From: an uncultured Gammaproteobacteria bacterium
GTDB taxonomy: Bacteria > Cyanobacteriota > Vampirovibrionia > LMEP-6097
Length of the DNA: 64,000 nt
Direction of reading: 5' to 3'
Assembly (NCBI GenBank): GCA_964551925.1
Contig: CAZKFA010000001.1
Coordinates: 16,281-80,280, forward strand
The position numbers and the translations under genes were made by a program. The notes under the pieces are model-generated. The model was not told the origin of the DNA. It searched no databases and saw only the letters and a program-made list of their open reading frames with translations. This document shows, one piece after another, positions 9,236 through 18,737 of the stretch (the first letter of the stretch is position 1; each line of letters starts with the position of its first letter).

Positions 9236-11122
9236 ATGCTTAATATAAAGAACTTATTTCGAATTTTTATTGATACTGTATTAATTGCAGTAAGCTTTGT
9301 ATTAGCAACTTTTTTACGACTTGAAGGACATGTTACGACTAGTGCTGATAAATTTATTTGGCAAGTACAACTGTTTAAAATTTTACCTTTGATTGTTTTG
9401 GTGTTTGTATCTACTTTGATAGTGTTTAACAGCTATAGAAAATTCTGGCGTTATACCAGTGTCGATGAAATTATTCATCTGGCTAGATCTTTGTTTCTTG
9501 CTTCTCTTATTATTCTTACACCCCGTGTTTTTGGTCTCAGCCCACAAAATTTGGATTTGCTCGGTGTGTCTTATGGAGTAACCGTTATTAACTTTCTATT
9601 AGCCCTTGGACTGCTTAGTAGTGTTCGCTTATTTAGAGCGTATTTGGTTGAGAGACGTAATATTAAACGTCGTTTAGAATCCCTTGGTGGACACTTAAAG
9701 CGTACTTTGGTGATTGGTGCTGGTGAAGCGGGTTTGCAGGTTATTAAAACTATTGCTTCACATCCTGAACAAGGTTTGATGGTGGTGGCTGCTTTAGACG
9801 ATGATATTAAAAAACATGGCATGTTAATAACTAACAACGTCAAAGTCCTTGGACCTGTTGCTGATATTAAGTATTGGGTTGATGAATTGACCTGTGATCA
9901 GATCATTGTTGCGATACCAAGTTTGAGCCTGAGAGAGAAACGTAAGATTAATTTGCTTTGTAGTGAAACTGGCTTAGATATCAGGATTGTACCGGGTGTT
10001 GATCAGCTAGCTGGCGGTAAAGTCACAGTTCAGCAAATTCGCAAATTAAGTGTAGAAGATTTGTTAGGACGCGAGGAAGTTGATTTGACTAGTGAAGATG
10101 TTAATCGTTTCCTTAATAACAAAAGAGTTCTAGTAACAGGTGCTGGTGGTTCTATTGGTAGAGAGCTTTGTAAGCAATTATTATCCAAGTGTAATATTGC
10201 ACAGATTTGTTTGTTAGGTAAGGGTGAGAATTCTATTTTTGAAACCGAACAAGATCTTAAAGAACTTAACCTTAAATCGATTCCAGTTTATACTCGCATT
10301 GCTGATATTCGTGAAGCCAAGCGCATTGACAGTATTATTTCTGAATTTAAGCCGGATGTTGTTTTTCATGCCGCTGCGCACAAGCACGTTAATTTGATGG
10401 AGCTCAATCCTTGTGAGGCTTTTGAGAACAATGTAATAGGTACTCATAACTTAGCCCAGATATCTGGTAAGCATAAAGTTTCTGCTTTTGTCTTGATTAG
10501 TACTGATAAGGCTGTTAATCCAACTAGTATTATGGGCTGTACCAAGAACCTTGCTGAGAAGGCAATGTTAATGGTTTCAAGAATTTATCCAGAGACTAAA
10601 TATACAGCAGTGCGTTTTGGTAATGTGCTTGGTAGTCGCGGTTCTGTGTTAACTGTTTGGGAAAAACAATTACGTAGCGGGCAGGCACTGACTGTAACGC
10701 ATAAAGAGGCTATCCGCTATTTTATGACTATCCCGGAAGCTGCTCAGTTAGTGATTCAGGCAAGTTCAAGAGCCAAGAATGGTGAAGTGATGTTGCTTGA
10801 TATGGGTGAAGCAATTAAAATCTTTGATCTTGCTAAGCAATATATTCAGCTTTCAGGATTCACTCTAGAAGACGTTCCTATAGACGTAATTGGTTTGAAG
10901 CCTGGCGAGAAATTGTACGAAGAATTGCTGACAGCTGAGGAGTTTGTTGATTATAGGTTAACAGATAAAATATACAAAGCAAAGATTAATAATATTTTTG
11001 ATGATGAGCAATTACAAGCAGAAATAAATCAATTATATGAATTGTCTCAAGCAAATAAAGAAAAAGAACTTAGTGTCAAACTTAGAGAATTAACAGTTTC
11101 TGCTAATGCTATTATGCAATAG
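9236..11122 (+). CDS. Membrane-bound nucleotide-sugar 4,6-dehydratase (CapD/PglF/WbpM family)
   Basis: 4 N-terminal TM segments, GAGEAG, TGAGGSIG, STDKAVNP, RFGNVLGSRGSV, GEKLYEEL. Confidence 0.92.
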   Translation: MLNIKNLFRIFIDTVLIAVSFVLATFLRLEGHVTTSADKFIWQVQLFKILPLIVLVFVSTLIVFNSYRKFWRYTSVDEIIHLARSLFLASLIILTPRVFGLSPQNLDLLGVSYGVTVINFLLALGLLSSVRLFRAYLVERRNIKRRLESLGGHLKRTLVIGAGEAGLQVIKTIASHPEQGLMVVAALDDDIKKHGMLITNNVKVLGPVADIKYWVDELTCDQIIVAIPSLSLREKRKINLLCSETGLDIRIVPGVDQLAGGKVTVQQIRKLSVEDLLGREEVDLTSEDVNRFLNNKRVLVTGAGGSIGRELCKQLLSKCNIAQICLLGKGENSIFETEQDLKELNLKSIPVYTRIADIREAKRIDSIISEFKPDVVFHAAAHKHVNLMELNPCEAFENNVIGTHNLAQISGKHKVSAFVLISTDKAVNPTSIMGCTKNLAEKAMLMVSRIYPETKYTAVRFGNVLGSRGSVLTVWEKQLRSGQALTVTHKEAIRYFMTIPEAAQLVIQASSRAKNGEVMLLDMGEAIKIFDLAKQYIQLSGFTLEDVPIDVIGLKPGEKLYEELLTAEEFVDYRLTDKIYKAKINNIFDDEQLQAEINQLYELSQANKEKELSVKLRELTVSANAIMQ

Positions 11123-11435
11123 GGAACATTGTTTGTAGCTTCATTGCAAGATTCATATCACCCTTGATTTTGAGCTTACCTTGCATAAATGCCATTTGAG
11201 AATTAAGTTTACCTTCACGAATAGCCATCCAGTCTTTATCGGCTAGAGCAATTTCAACAGAAGGAGTTGGTACTCCACCTTTGATTAAATTACAGACTCC
11301 ATTTTCAATTTTGAATGCCCAGATTCCGCCTTCTGGTCCAGAAATATTGAACTGATAAGTAGCATTTATACCACTAGCTGCTTTGGGGTTGAAATGTTTT
11401 AACATTTCATCAAATACATCACCGATTTTTACCAT
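11112..11435 (-). CDS. SCP2 sterol-binding domain protein
   Basis: YQFNI.G..GG.W, AFMQGKLKIKGDMNLAMKL. Confidence 0.9.
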   Translation of the reverse strand: MVKIGDVFDEMLKHFNPKAASGINATYQFNISGPEGGIWAFKIENGVCNLIKGGVPTPSVEIALADKDWMAIREGKLNSQMAFMQGKLKIKGDMNLAMKLQTMFPIA

Positions 11436-11548
11436 AGATTTTATAGTCTAACAGATTTAGCATGGAATCGCAGTTAGGGACTGAAGATAATCCCCATTTT
11501 ACTAATAATTTAGTAATTAGAGCAAAATACTAAGATACAATAAAAATT

Positions 11549-12655
11549 ATGAGACTAAGAGAATACGAGGCAAAAGAACTATTTAGAGAAGCAGGTATCG
11601 CTACTCCAAAGGGCAAAGTAATAAAGTGTGCTGAAGAGGTTTTTTCAGTTAAGGAGTTTCCTTGTACTCTTAAGACACAAGTTCTTACTGGTGGGCGTGG
11701 TAAAGCTGGCGGTATTAAATTTGCTGATAACGCTAATGATGCTTATAAGAAAGCTCAAGATATTTTTAAATTACAAATCAAAGGTGATTTGCCTACTGCA
11801 ATTTTGGTTGAACCTAAAGTGGTTATCAAAAAAGAACTTTATGTTGCGATTCTGATTGATCGCGCCTATCGTGGTCCTATTATTATGGGAGCTGCTGAAG
11901 GTGGAATTGAAATTGAAACCTCTGGTAATGTACAAATAGTTCCAGTGACAGCTGGTAATTATCATCCGTTCCTTGGGCGCAAAATGGCTACTCTATTGGG
12001 TTTGAAGGGTAAGGATGTTTTGAAGTTTGGTAGTATTATTGATAAGCTTTGGCAAGTTTACACTCAATATGATTGTGATTTGACTGAAATTAATCCTTTG
12101 ATTATTGATGGTGATGATAATTTCGTCGCACTTGATGGCAAAGTTACTATTAATGAAGATGCGCTTGATAGACAACCACGTTTCGATGGTAAGCTTGCTG
12201 AACATCTTACTGACCTTGGTGAAAGAGAGTTTAAAGGCAAAATGTGCGATCTGAATATCGTTGAGCTTGAAGGTAATATCGGTATCCTCTGTAATGGAGC
12301 GGGTTTGACAATGGCTACTATGGATTTAGTTTTTCATCATGGTGGTAAGCCATCTAACTTCTTAGATGTTGGCGGTGGTGCTAGTAAGGAGCACGTTGCA
12401 AGAGCTTTAGATTTAGTGGCATCGAGCAAAGATGTAAAAGTTCTTTTGGTAAATATTCTTGGTGGAATTACTGATTGTACTGAAGTCGCTAACGCGCTTA
12501 AATACTATAAAGAAATTAGACCGGACGCTAAGATGGTTGTAAGGCTGGTTGGTAATAATGAAGAAGCAGCAGCTAAGATCATGACAGAGGCCGGCATTCC
12601 CACTACTAATATATTAGACGAGGCAGTAAAGAAGGCAGTTGCAACAGCAGCTTAG
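11549..12655 (+). CDS. sucC: Succinyl-CoA synthetase beta subunit
   Basis: GGRGKAGG, EINPL, NGAGLTMATMD, NFLDVGGG. Confidence 0.95.
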   Translation: MRLREYEAKELFREAGIATPKGKVIKCAEEVFSVKEFPCTLKTQVLTGGRGKAGGIKFADNANDAYKKAQDIFKLQIKGDLPTAILVEPKVVIKKELYVAILIDRAYRGPIIMGAAEGGIEIETSGNVQIVPVTAGNYHPFLGRKMATLLGLKGKDVLKFGSIIDKLWQVYTQYDCDLTEINPLIIDGDDNFVALDGKVTINEDALDRQPRFDGKLAEHLTDLGEREFKGKMCDLNIVELEGNIGILCNGAGLTMATMDLVFHHGGKPSNFLDVGGGASKEHVARALDLVASSKDVKVLLVNILGGITDCTEVANALKYYKEIRPDAKMVVRLVGNNEEAAAKIMTEAGIPTTNILDEAVKKAVATAA

Positions 12656-12664
12656 GAGTTTATC

Positions 12665-13543
12665 ATGGCAATATTAATTAACAAAAACACAAAAGTAGTA
12701 GTTCAAGGTATCACTGGTGCTATGGGGCAGACTCATACTAAGCTAATGCAAAAATACGGCACTAAAATTGTCGCTGGTGTTACACCAGGTAAAGGTGGAC
12801 AAGAGATTAATGGCATACCTGTTTTTGATTCAGTGCAAGAAGCTGTAACTAAAACTGGTGCTAACTGTTCAGTGATTTTTGTACCTCCGTATCTAGCTTT
12901 AGATGCGGCTCTTGAAGCAATTGATGCTGGTGTTCCATTGATTTCTGTTATCACTGAAGGTCTACCACCACAAGATGCTGTTAAATTGCATGCCCAAGCT
13001 GAGGCCAAAGGAGTGTTAGTTAATGGTCCAAATTGTCCTGGAATTATTACTCCAGGAGAGTGTTTGATTGGTATTCATCCGGGTTCAATTTATTCTGCTG
13101 GTAGAGTTGGATTGATTTCTCGTTCTGGAACTTTGACTTATGAGATTGGTCTAGGTTTGAAACAAGCAGGTATTGGTATCTCAACAGCTGTTGGTATTGG
13201 TGGCGATCCAATTATTGGTATCGATCAAATCAAGTCATTAGAACTATTTGAGAATGATCCTGAGACTGATTTGATTATCCTTGTCGGTGAGATTGGTGGT
13301 ACTGCTGAAGAAGATGCTGCTGAGTATATTAAGTCTCATATCAAGAAACCTGTTATTGGTTATATCGCTGGTAGAACCGCTCCAGAAGGCAAACGTATGG
13401 GGCATGCTGGTGCAATCATCTCTGGCAATAAGGGTACAGCTCAATCTAAGACTGAAGCTTTTCAAGCTGCCGGTGTGAAGGTAGCTAAGACTCCTAGCGA
13501 AATTATTGAACTTGTTAAAGCTCAAGTTGCAGTTGCGGCGTAA
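12665..13543 (+). CDS. sucD: Succinyl-CoA synthetase alpha subunit
   Basis: VQGITG, GPNCPG, SRSGTLTYE, MGHAGA phospho-His motif; AGGAG RBS. Confidence 0.97.
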   Translation: MAILINKNTKVVVQGITGAMGQTHTKLMQKYGTKIVAGVTPGKGGQEINGIPVFDSVQEAVTKTGANCSVIFVPPYLALDAALEAIDAGVPLISVITEGLPPQDAVKLHAQAEAKGVLVNGPNCPGIITPGECLIGIHPGSIYSAGRVGLISRSGTLTYEIGLGLKQAGIGISTAVGIGGDPIIGIDQIKSLELFENDPETDLIILVGEIGGTAEEDAAEYIKSHIKKPVIGYIAGRTAPEGKRMGHAGAIISGNKGTAQSKTEAFQAAGVKVAKTPSEIIELVKAQVAVAA

Positions 13544-13568
13544 CTTTACTATACACTGTATAGTAAAG
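13544..13568. repeat. TATACRSYGTATA palindrome, copy 1 (perfect, 25 bp)
   Basis: CTTTACTATACA-C-TGTATAGTAAAG fills the gap between the convergent sucD and secA stops. Confidence 0.9.
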
Positions 13569-13569
13569 A

Positions 13570-16416
13570 CTAGGCTGCTTTTGCTCTAACTTCTATCTGT
13601 GAGTGATAGAGTAATATGATTGTATTTCTTTTGATGTCAGCGAGCAGCTCGTCGAACATATCAAAGCTCTCTCTCTTATATTCAATTAATGGATCTTTTT
13701 GAGCATAGCCACGTAAGTGTATACCTTCCTTGAGTGAGTCCATCCCATGCAAGTGACTGATCCACTTCGTATCTATGACGTGGAGCATGATTTGTCTTTC
13801 GGCTTCACGTATAACATCAAGTCCTAATTGCTTTTCTTTTGTAGAATACAGATCGATAGTGCATTTGCGTGCCTGTGTTAGTAAGGAGTCGAAGCCAGAT
13901 TCACTAAAGCTTTCAATTGGATCTATAGACCGAATTACATCTTCTGTGAAATCAGCTTTGAGCTGTCCAAAGATTTGTGCAATTGGACTTAACCCCTGCG
14001 AATCATCATACCAAAGTTCTGTTGGTAAATTTGGGCTAATATGGGTGTAAATAATATGGTCAACATGCTCTTGAATCATTTTGACAATATTCTCATGTAT
14101 GTCGCTTCCTTCAAGGATTTCACGACGCTCTCTGTAAATAACTTCTCTTTGTGTGTTAATAACATCGTCATATTGAAGTACATGCTTTCTCATATCAAAA
14201 TGATAGGCTTCAACTTTTTTCTGAGAGTTATTGATGGCACTGCTAATGATGCTAGCTTCGATTGGTAAGTCCTCATCAGCATTAAGCATATTCATTATGC
14301 CAACTACTTTCTCGCCACCAAAAATCCTCATTAAATTGTCTTCTAGAGATAGATAGAATCTTGCCTGTCCAGGATCTCCTTGGCGAGCGCATCTACCACA
14401 TAGCTGATTATCAATTCTACGGCTTTCATGTCTTTCACTACCAATAACATATAGTCCACCAGCCTTAAGAACCTCTTGCTGAGCCTCTTTGTCGACTACA
14501 TTGTAGTTTGGGTTGTTAGGATCACTTGATAAGTGACCACCTAGAATAATATCAGTGCCTCGTCCTGCCATATTAGTAGCAATTGTGATTGCGCCAGGTC
14601 TTCCAGCTTCTCGAATGATCTGAGCTTCTTTTTGGTGATGTTTTGCGTTTAATACATTAAATTTCAAGCCATTACGAATAGCTTCCAGTAGATTAATTGA
14701 GTTCATGACACTGTCAATAGCAAACACAAGATCTTCTTTTGGTTTGCTTTCTGTTTCATAGATGACATCAACCATTTTTTGGAAGTCAATTGCTTTGAGG
14801 TTAGCCGGTCTTTCTAGTGTTTTGCTGAATTCCTGTAGTAACGCTTTGGTCTTTGCATTGTTTGTTAATAGTTTAGTAAGGCGTTTGATCCTAAACTCTA
14901 ACACGCCTAATGTGTGAACTGGGCGTGAAAGTATCTCAGCAATTGCTTCTGACTTCTCTATGCTCGTAGTACCAATAAGTACCGGCATGCCATTATTATG
15001 TGCGGCAATGATGTCTTCAGCGATTGCGATGAATTTAATCTTTTCATTTTTGTAAACAATATCATTGAGGATTGTGCGTGCATTAGATTTGTTTGTAGGT
15101 ATCTGTAGAACACCAAGGTTATAAATTTTCTCAAATTCTTCAGCTTCAGTGAGAGCAGTACCAGTCATCCCCGAGAGCTTAGGATATAGTCTGAATAAGT
15201 TTTGGAAGGTAATGCTTGCCATTGTTAGAGTCTCTTCTTGAATAGGGACTCCTTCTTTGGCTTCGATGGCTTGATGTAAGCCATCACTCCAGCGACGCCC
15301 TTCCATTAAGCGTCCAGTAAATTCATCGACAATAACAATTTCATTGCGGTTAGACTTCTCACCTTTCTTGACTATATAGTCAACGTCTTTTGTAAATAAT
15401 TCTTTAGCTCTTAGAGCTTGTATTAAATGCTGTGCTAGATTGAGTTCTGGGTCCCATAGGTCTTTGACTTTGAGGATTTGTTCGGCGGCTTTAATGCCAG
15501 AATCATTGAGGATTACGTTCTTTGCTTTCTCGTCAACGTAATAATGAGCATGTTCTGCAATATCTTTCTCTGATTCCCCCTTTTGTAATTGTTTTGCAAC
15601 TTTGTTCATGCTTAGGTATATTTCTTTGCGTCTAGCATCAGGCATGCCGCTGATAATCAAAGGAGTCCTAGCTTCATCTATAAGAATACTGTCTACCTCG
15701 TCTATGATTGCCATGTAGTAAGGACGTTGAACGCAATCCTGAAGGCTTGTCTCCATATTGTCTCTTAAATAATCAAAACCAAATTCGTTGTTTGTACCAT
15801 AAGTTATGTCACAAGCATATGCTTCTCTACGATCTTCATGTTCCATTCCAGAAATAATTAAGCCAACACTAAGTCCTAAGAATTTATATAGCTTGCCCAT
15901 CCATTCAGAATCTCGACGTGCGAGGTAATCATTGACAGTGATCACGTGTACTCCGCGACCAGTAAGGGCATTAAGATAGGCTGGTAGAGTACAAACCAAG
16001 GTCTTACCCTCACCTGTCTGCATTTCAGCGATGCCGCCTCTGTGTAATTGAATACCACCAATTAATTGCACATCAAAATGGCGCATCTGTAAAACTCGTT
16101 TAGCGGCTTCTCTACATACAGCAAAGGCTTCTGGTAAAATCTGATTAAGAATTTGAGCAAGAACTCTATCATGAGAAGTTCTTAATTGCCCAGGCATTTT
16201 TGCAACATCATCTTTGATGAGCTTGATATATTCGACAGCAGTAAGTGACTCTTTAATCCTGTTTTTGAATTCAGTTGTTTTGGCTTGCAATTCAGCATCA
16301 GTAAGAGCCGCAATTTCTTGCTCTAGTTTGTTAACTAAATCAACAGTGGGTCTTATCTCTACTAATAGTTTCTCGTTGGGATCTCCCCAAAACGCCTTCA
16401 ATACTTGCTGTAACAT
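13570..16416 (-). CDS. secA: Preprotein translocase ATPase SecA
   Basis: MQTGEGKT, DEVDSILIDEARTPLIISG, ATNMAGRGTDI, ERHESRRIDNQ; ATG at 16416. Confidence 0.97.
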   Translation of the reverse strand: MLQQVLKAFWGDPNEKLLVEIRPTVDLVNKLEQEIAALTDAELQAKTTEFKNRIKESLTAVEYIKLIKDDVAKMPGQLRTSHDRVLAQILNQILPEAFAVCREAAKRVLQMRHFDVQLIGGIQLHRGGIAEMQTGEGKTLVCTLPAYLNALTGRGVHVITVNDYLARRDSEWMGKLYKFLGLSVGLIISGMEHEDRREAYACDITYGTNNEFGFDYLRDNMETSLQDCVQRPYYMAIIDEVDSILIDEARTPLIISGMPDARRKEIYLSMNKVAKQLQKGESEKDIAEHAHYYVDEKAKNVILNDSGIKAAEQILKVKDLWDPELNLAQHLIQALRAKELFTKDVDYIVKKGEKSNRNEIVIVDEFTGRLMEGRRWSDGLHQAIEAKEGVPIQEETLTMASITFQNLFRLYPKLSGMTGTALTEAEEFEKIYNLGVLQIPTNKSNARTILNDIVYKNEKIKFIAIAEDIIAAHNNGMPVLIGTTSIEKSEAIAEILSRPVHTLGVLEFRIKRLTKLLTNNAKTKALLQEFSKTLERPANLKAIDFQKMVDVIYETESKPKEDLVFAIDSVMNSINLLEAIRNGLKFNVLNAKHHQKEAQIIREAGRPGAITIATNMAGRGTDIILGGHLSSDPNNPNYNVVDKEAQQEVLKAGGLYVIGSERHESRRIDNQLCGRCARQGDPGQARFYLSLEDNLMRIFGGEKVVGIMNMLNADEDLPIEASIISSAINNSQKKVEAYHFDMRKHVLQYDDVINTQREVIYRERREILEGSDIHENIVKMIQEHVDHIIYTHISPNLPTELWYDDSQGLSPIAQIFGQLKADFTEDVIRSIDPIESFSESGFDSLLTQARKCTIDLYSTKEKQLGLDVIREAERQIMLHVIDTKWISHLHGMDSLKEGIHLRGYAQKDPLIEYKRESFDMFDELLADIKRNTIILLYHSQIEVRAKAA

Positions 16417-16425
16417 CAGCAATAA

Positions 16426-17292
16426 TTATACTTCATAACCTTTCATAAGTACTCTAAGTTTTTGTAAAACTTTCATGTGTAATTGAGAGGCTCTTGATTC
16501 TGAGACACCAAGAACGTCACCAATTTCTCTAAATGTAAGCTTTTGATAGTGGTATAAAGCGACAACTAAGCGGTCCCTTTGGCTTAAGTTAGAAATGGCT
16601 TGTTTTAGTTTTTCCTTCAATAATTGACGTTCAGTATAGTCCTCTTGAGACTCACTGTTGCTAGCAAGGTTATCTAGTAAAGAAATTTTTGAATCTTCAA
16701 AAGGTCGAGTTGCTTCAGTTGAGTCTAGTGAGAATACAATTGAGTTTGCCTCTCGTTTCATTGTGCGCAAATCTTCAGAGTCGATATCTAGGACTTTTTT
16801 AACTTCAGCATCAGTAGGAGCACGTCCTAATTGTTTTTCTAGAATAATTACGGCCTCGTTGAATTTCTTAACTCTTGTTCTTCCTGTTCTGCTGAGGAAA
16901 TCTCTTGATCTTAGGAAGTCTAGAATCTCACCTCGAACACGATTAATTGCAAAAGTCTCAAATGAGCATTTTTGTTGAGGATCAAATCTGTCAACGGCTT
17001 CAATTAAACCAATAGTTCCATAACCTAATAAATCTTCTCTATCAAAGTCAGCAGTTTCAATATGTGGAAATCTACCAATAACCCAATTAACTATAAAAGC
17101 GTATCTTTTGATTAGAGTCTCGCGTAAATGAGCTGGACGGTTTTGAGCGTTATATTTATTCCAGAGCCTGATAGATTCTTCTTTGTCTCTTAGTTTGGCA
17201 TCGCTGCGAGATAAGTCTCTAGACTGTTCTGTCAAGCTTTTGCTTTTAGCTGATTGAATCACCGAATTTTCTTTTGCCTTAGAGTCTTTCAT
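16426..17292 (-). CDS. FliA/WhiG-family RNA polymerase sigma factor
   Basis: DLLGYGTIGLIEAVDRFDP, RVRGEILDFLR, LTFREIGDVLGVSESRASQLH. Confidence 0.9.
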   Translation of the reverse strand: MKDSKAKENSVIQSAKSKSLTEQSRDLSRSDAKLRDKEESIRLWNKYNAQNRPAHLRETLIKRYAFIVNWVIGRFPHIETADFDREDLLGYGTIGLIEAVDRFDPQQKCSFETFAINRVRGEILDFLRSRDFLSRTGRTRVKKFNEAVIILEKQLGRAPTDAEVKKVLDIDSEDLRTMKREANSIVFSLDSTEATRPFEDSKISLLDNLASNSESQEDYTERQLLKEKLKQAISNLSQRDRLVVALYHYQKLTFREIGDVLGVSESRASQLHMKVLQKLRVLMKGYEV

Positions 17293-17303
17293 AGTTTCAC
17301 CAA

Positions 17304-17666
17304 TTACATAATCCCCAATCTTTCTTCACGCAAGGCTAGTTGCGCTTTGATATATTCTTTACGACGTTTTTTCTGTTCAGAAATATTTTTTATGCAGCGA
17401 TGCTGCATATAGTGTCCCCATACGGCTCCTATGCAAAAACCGATTACCCCAAAAATTATGGAGAATTTGATACTTGCCAAAACCATATTTGCTAGATCAA
17501 AATTTATTTGTTTGACATTTAGTATGCTTGAAGTGAAATGGATTGAAAAAGAACCAATCCATAGTAGTAGGCATAGCTTAATGCCAATATTGCGATAAGC
17601 TTTGAACTGATCTTGTAAGGACTCTTTTATGAAAGCTTGTCCTTCAAATAAACCTTTGATTGCCAT
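17304..17666 (-). CDS. Hypothetical 2-TM membrane protein
   Basis: Two hydrophobic segments and a basic C-tail; GAAGGA RBS; first gene of an apparent operon with the sigma factor and secA. Confidence 0.65.
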   Translation of the reverse strand: MAIKGLFEGQAFIKESLQDQFKAYRNIGIKLCLLLWIGSFSIHFTSSILNVKQINFDLANMVLASIKFSIIFGVIGFCIGAVWGHYMQHRCIKNISEQKKRRKEYIKAQLALREERLGIM

Positions 17667-17820
17667 TTGGATATATCCTTCTAAGGCATTATTCCAACAA
17701 AGTAGCTAGTCTTGGCTTCACTCCAATGACCCAATTTATATAAAAAACTAAGAATAATAATATTTCTACACTAGGCTAAAAAACCTAGCTATAAGGTTTT
17801 GGATCTAAACCATACCAAAC

Positions 17821-18594
17821 TTAACCACAGTAGAGAAGAGGGGTAATTATTCCATCTAGAATGACTATGCCTACTAAGACTAAGGCTGTGGCCTTGGTTG
17901 TAGTCATGCCAACTTCTTTAGCACCACCTTCACAAAGCAACCCCATGACCATATTTAGGGTGAGAGCAAAAACACAAAATATTTCTACTTTGATAAGTGG
18001 ATAGAATAATTCTTTAAGAGTAAGTGCGCTCCAAGCGGAATTGAGGAACTCTGTGAATTCTAGATTTACTGATACTTTTGCAACTAACATTCCAGCTAGA
18101 ATGCTAATCAAAGAAGCAATGCCTAATAGTAAAGGTGCTACAACTATTACAGCAAGTAGGTTTGGTGTGATTAGATAATATATTGGATCTATTTTAAAAA
18201 CCTTAAGTGCGTCAACTTGTTCTGTTACTTTCATTGTTGAGAATTCTGCAGTCAAAGCTGTTCCACAACAAGCTGACAAAGCGAATGCAATAAAAATTGG
18301 TACTATCTCACGTAAATTGGCGATGGCAATGAGTCCACCGACTAATTCTCTGCCACCATGATTTGTTAGTTCTATTGAAGTGTTGACGGTTAGAATCATT
18401 GCAGCAATTGATGTCAGAATAACAACCATTGGTATTGATTCATAACCTAAAAAAATCAAACTTTTGATAAAGCGTTCGAAGTTGATTTTAAATTTGATTA
18501 TATATAGAAAAGCTTTTGATAAATGTAAAACAAAACTACCAAGTAATTCCATTGGACCTACGTGGATTGATGATTTGTCGTAAAGTTTATACAT
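17821..18594 (-). CDS. mlaE: MlaE-family ABC permease
   Basis: REIVP, G...TAE..TMKVTEQVDALK, GGAKEVG..TTKA. Confidence 0.85.
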   Translation of the reverse strand: MYKLYDKSSIHVGPMELLGSFVLHLSKAFLYIIKFKINFERFIKSLIFLGYESIPMVVILTSIAAMILTVNTSIELTNHGGRELVGGLIAIANLREIVPIFIAFALSACCGTALTAEFSTMKVTEQVDALKVFKIDPIYYLITPNLLAVIVVAPLLLGIASLISILAGMLVAKVSVNLEFTEFLNSAWSALTLKELFYPLIKVEIFCVFALTLNMVMGLLCEGGAKEVGMTTTKATALVLVGIVILDGIITPLLYCG

Positions 18595-18672
18595 AGAATT
18601 TCGTCTAAGCTAATTCTAACATTAGACTTTGATTTGTAATTACTCAGGTCATTATAGACAAACGGAAATATT

Positions 18673-18690
18673 GCTGTCATTGATGACGGC
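18673..18690. repeat. Short GTCAT...ATGAC palindrome (collapsed REP-like)
   Basis: GCTGTCAT-TG-ATGACGGC; near-identical copy at 63250-63270. Confidence 0.5.
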
Positions 18691-18737
18691 TGAGTAGTTA
18701 GTTTGATTTCATCTAGCACCTGCTAAAATTGATTTAT

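Noticed and set aside
13544-13568. TATAC palindrome as merely a bidirectional terminator
   Set aside because: Possible at this one site, but the stem is AT-rich with a 1-nt centre, and the other eight copies are in coding or promoter regions.
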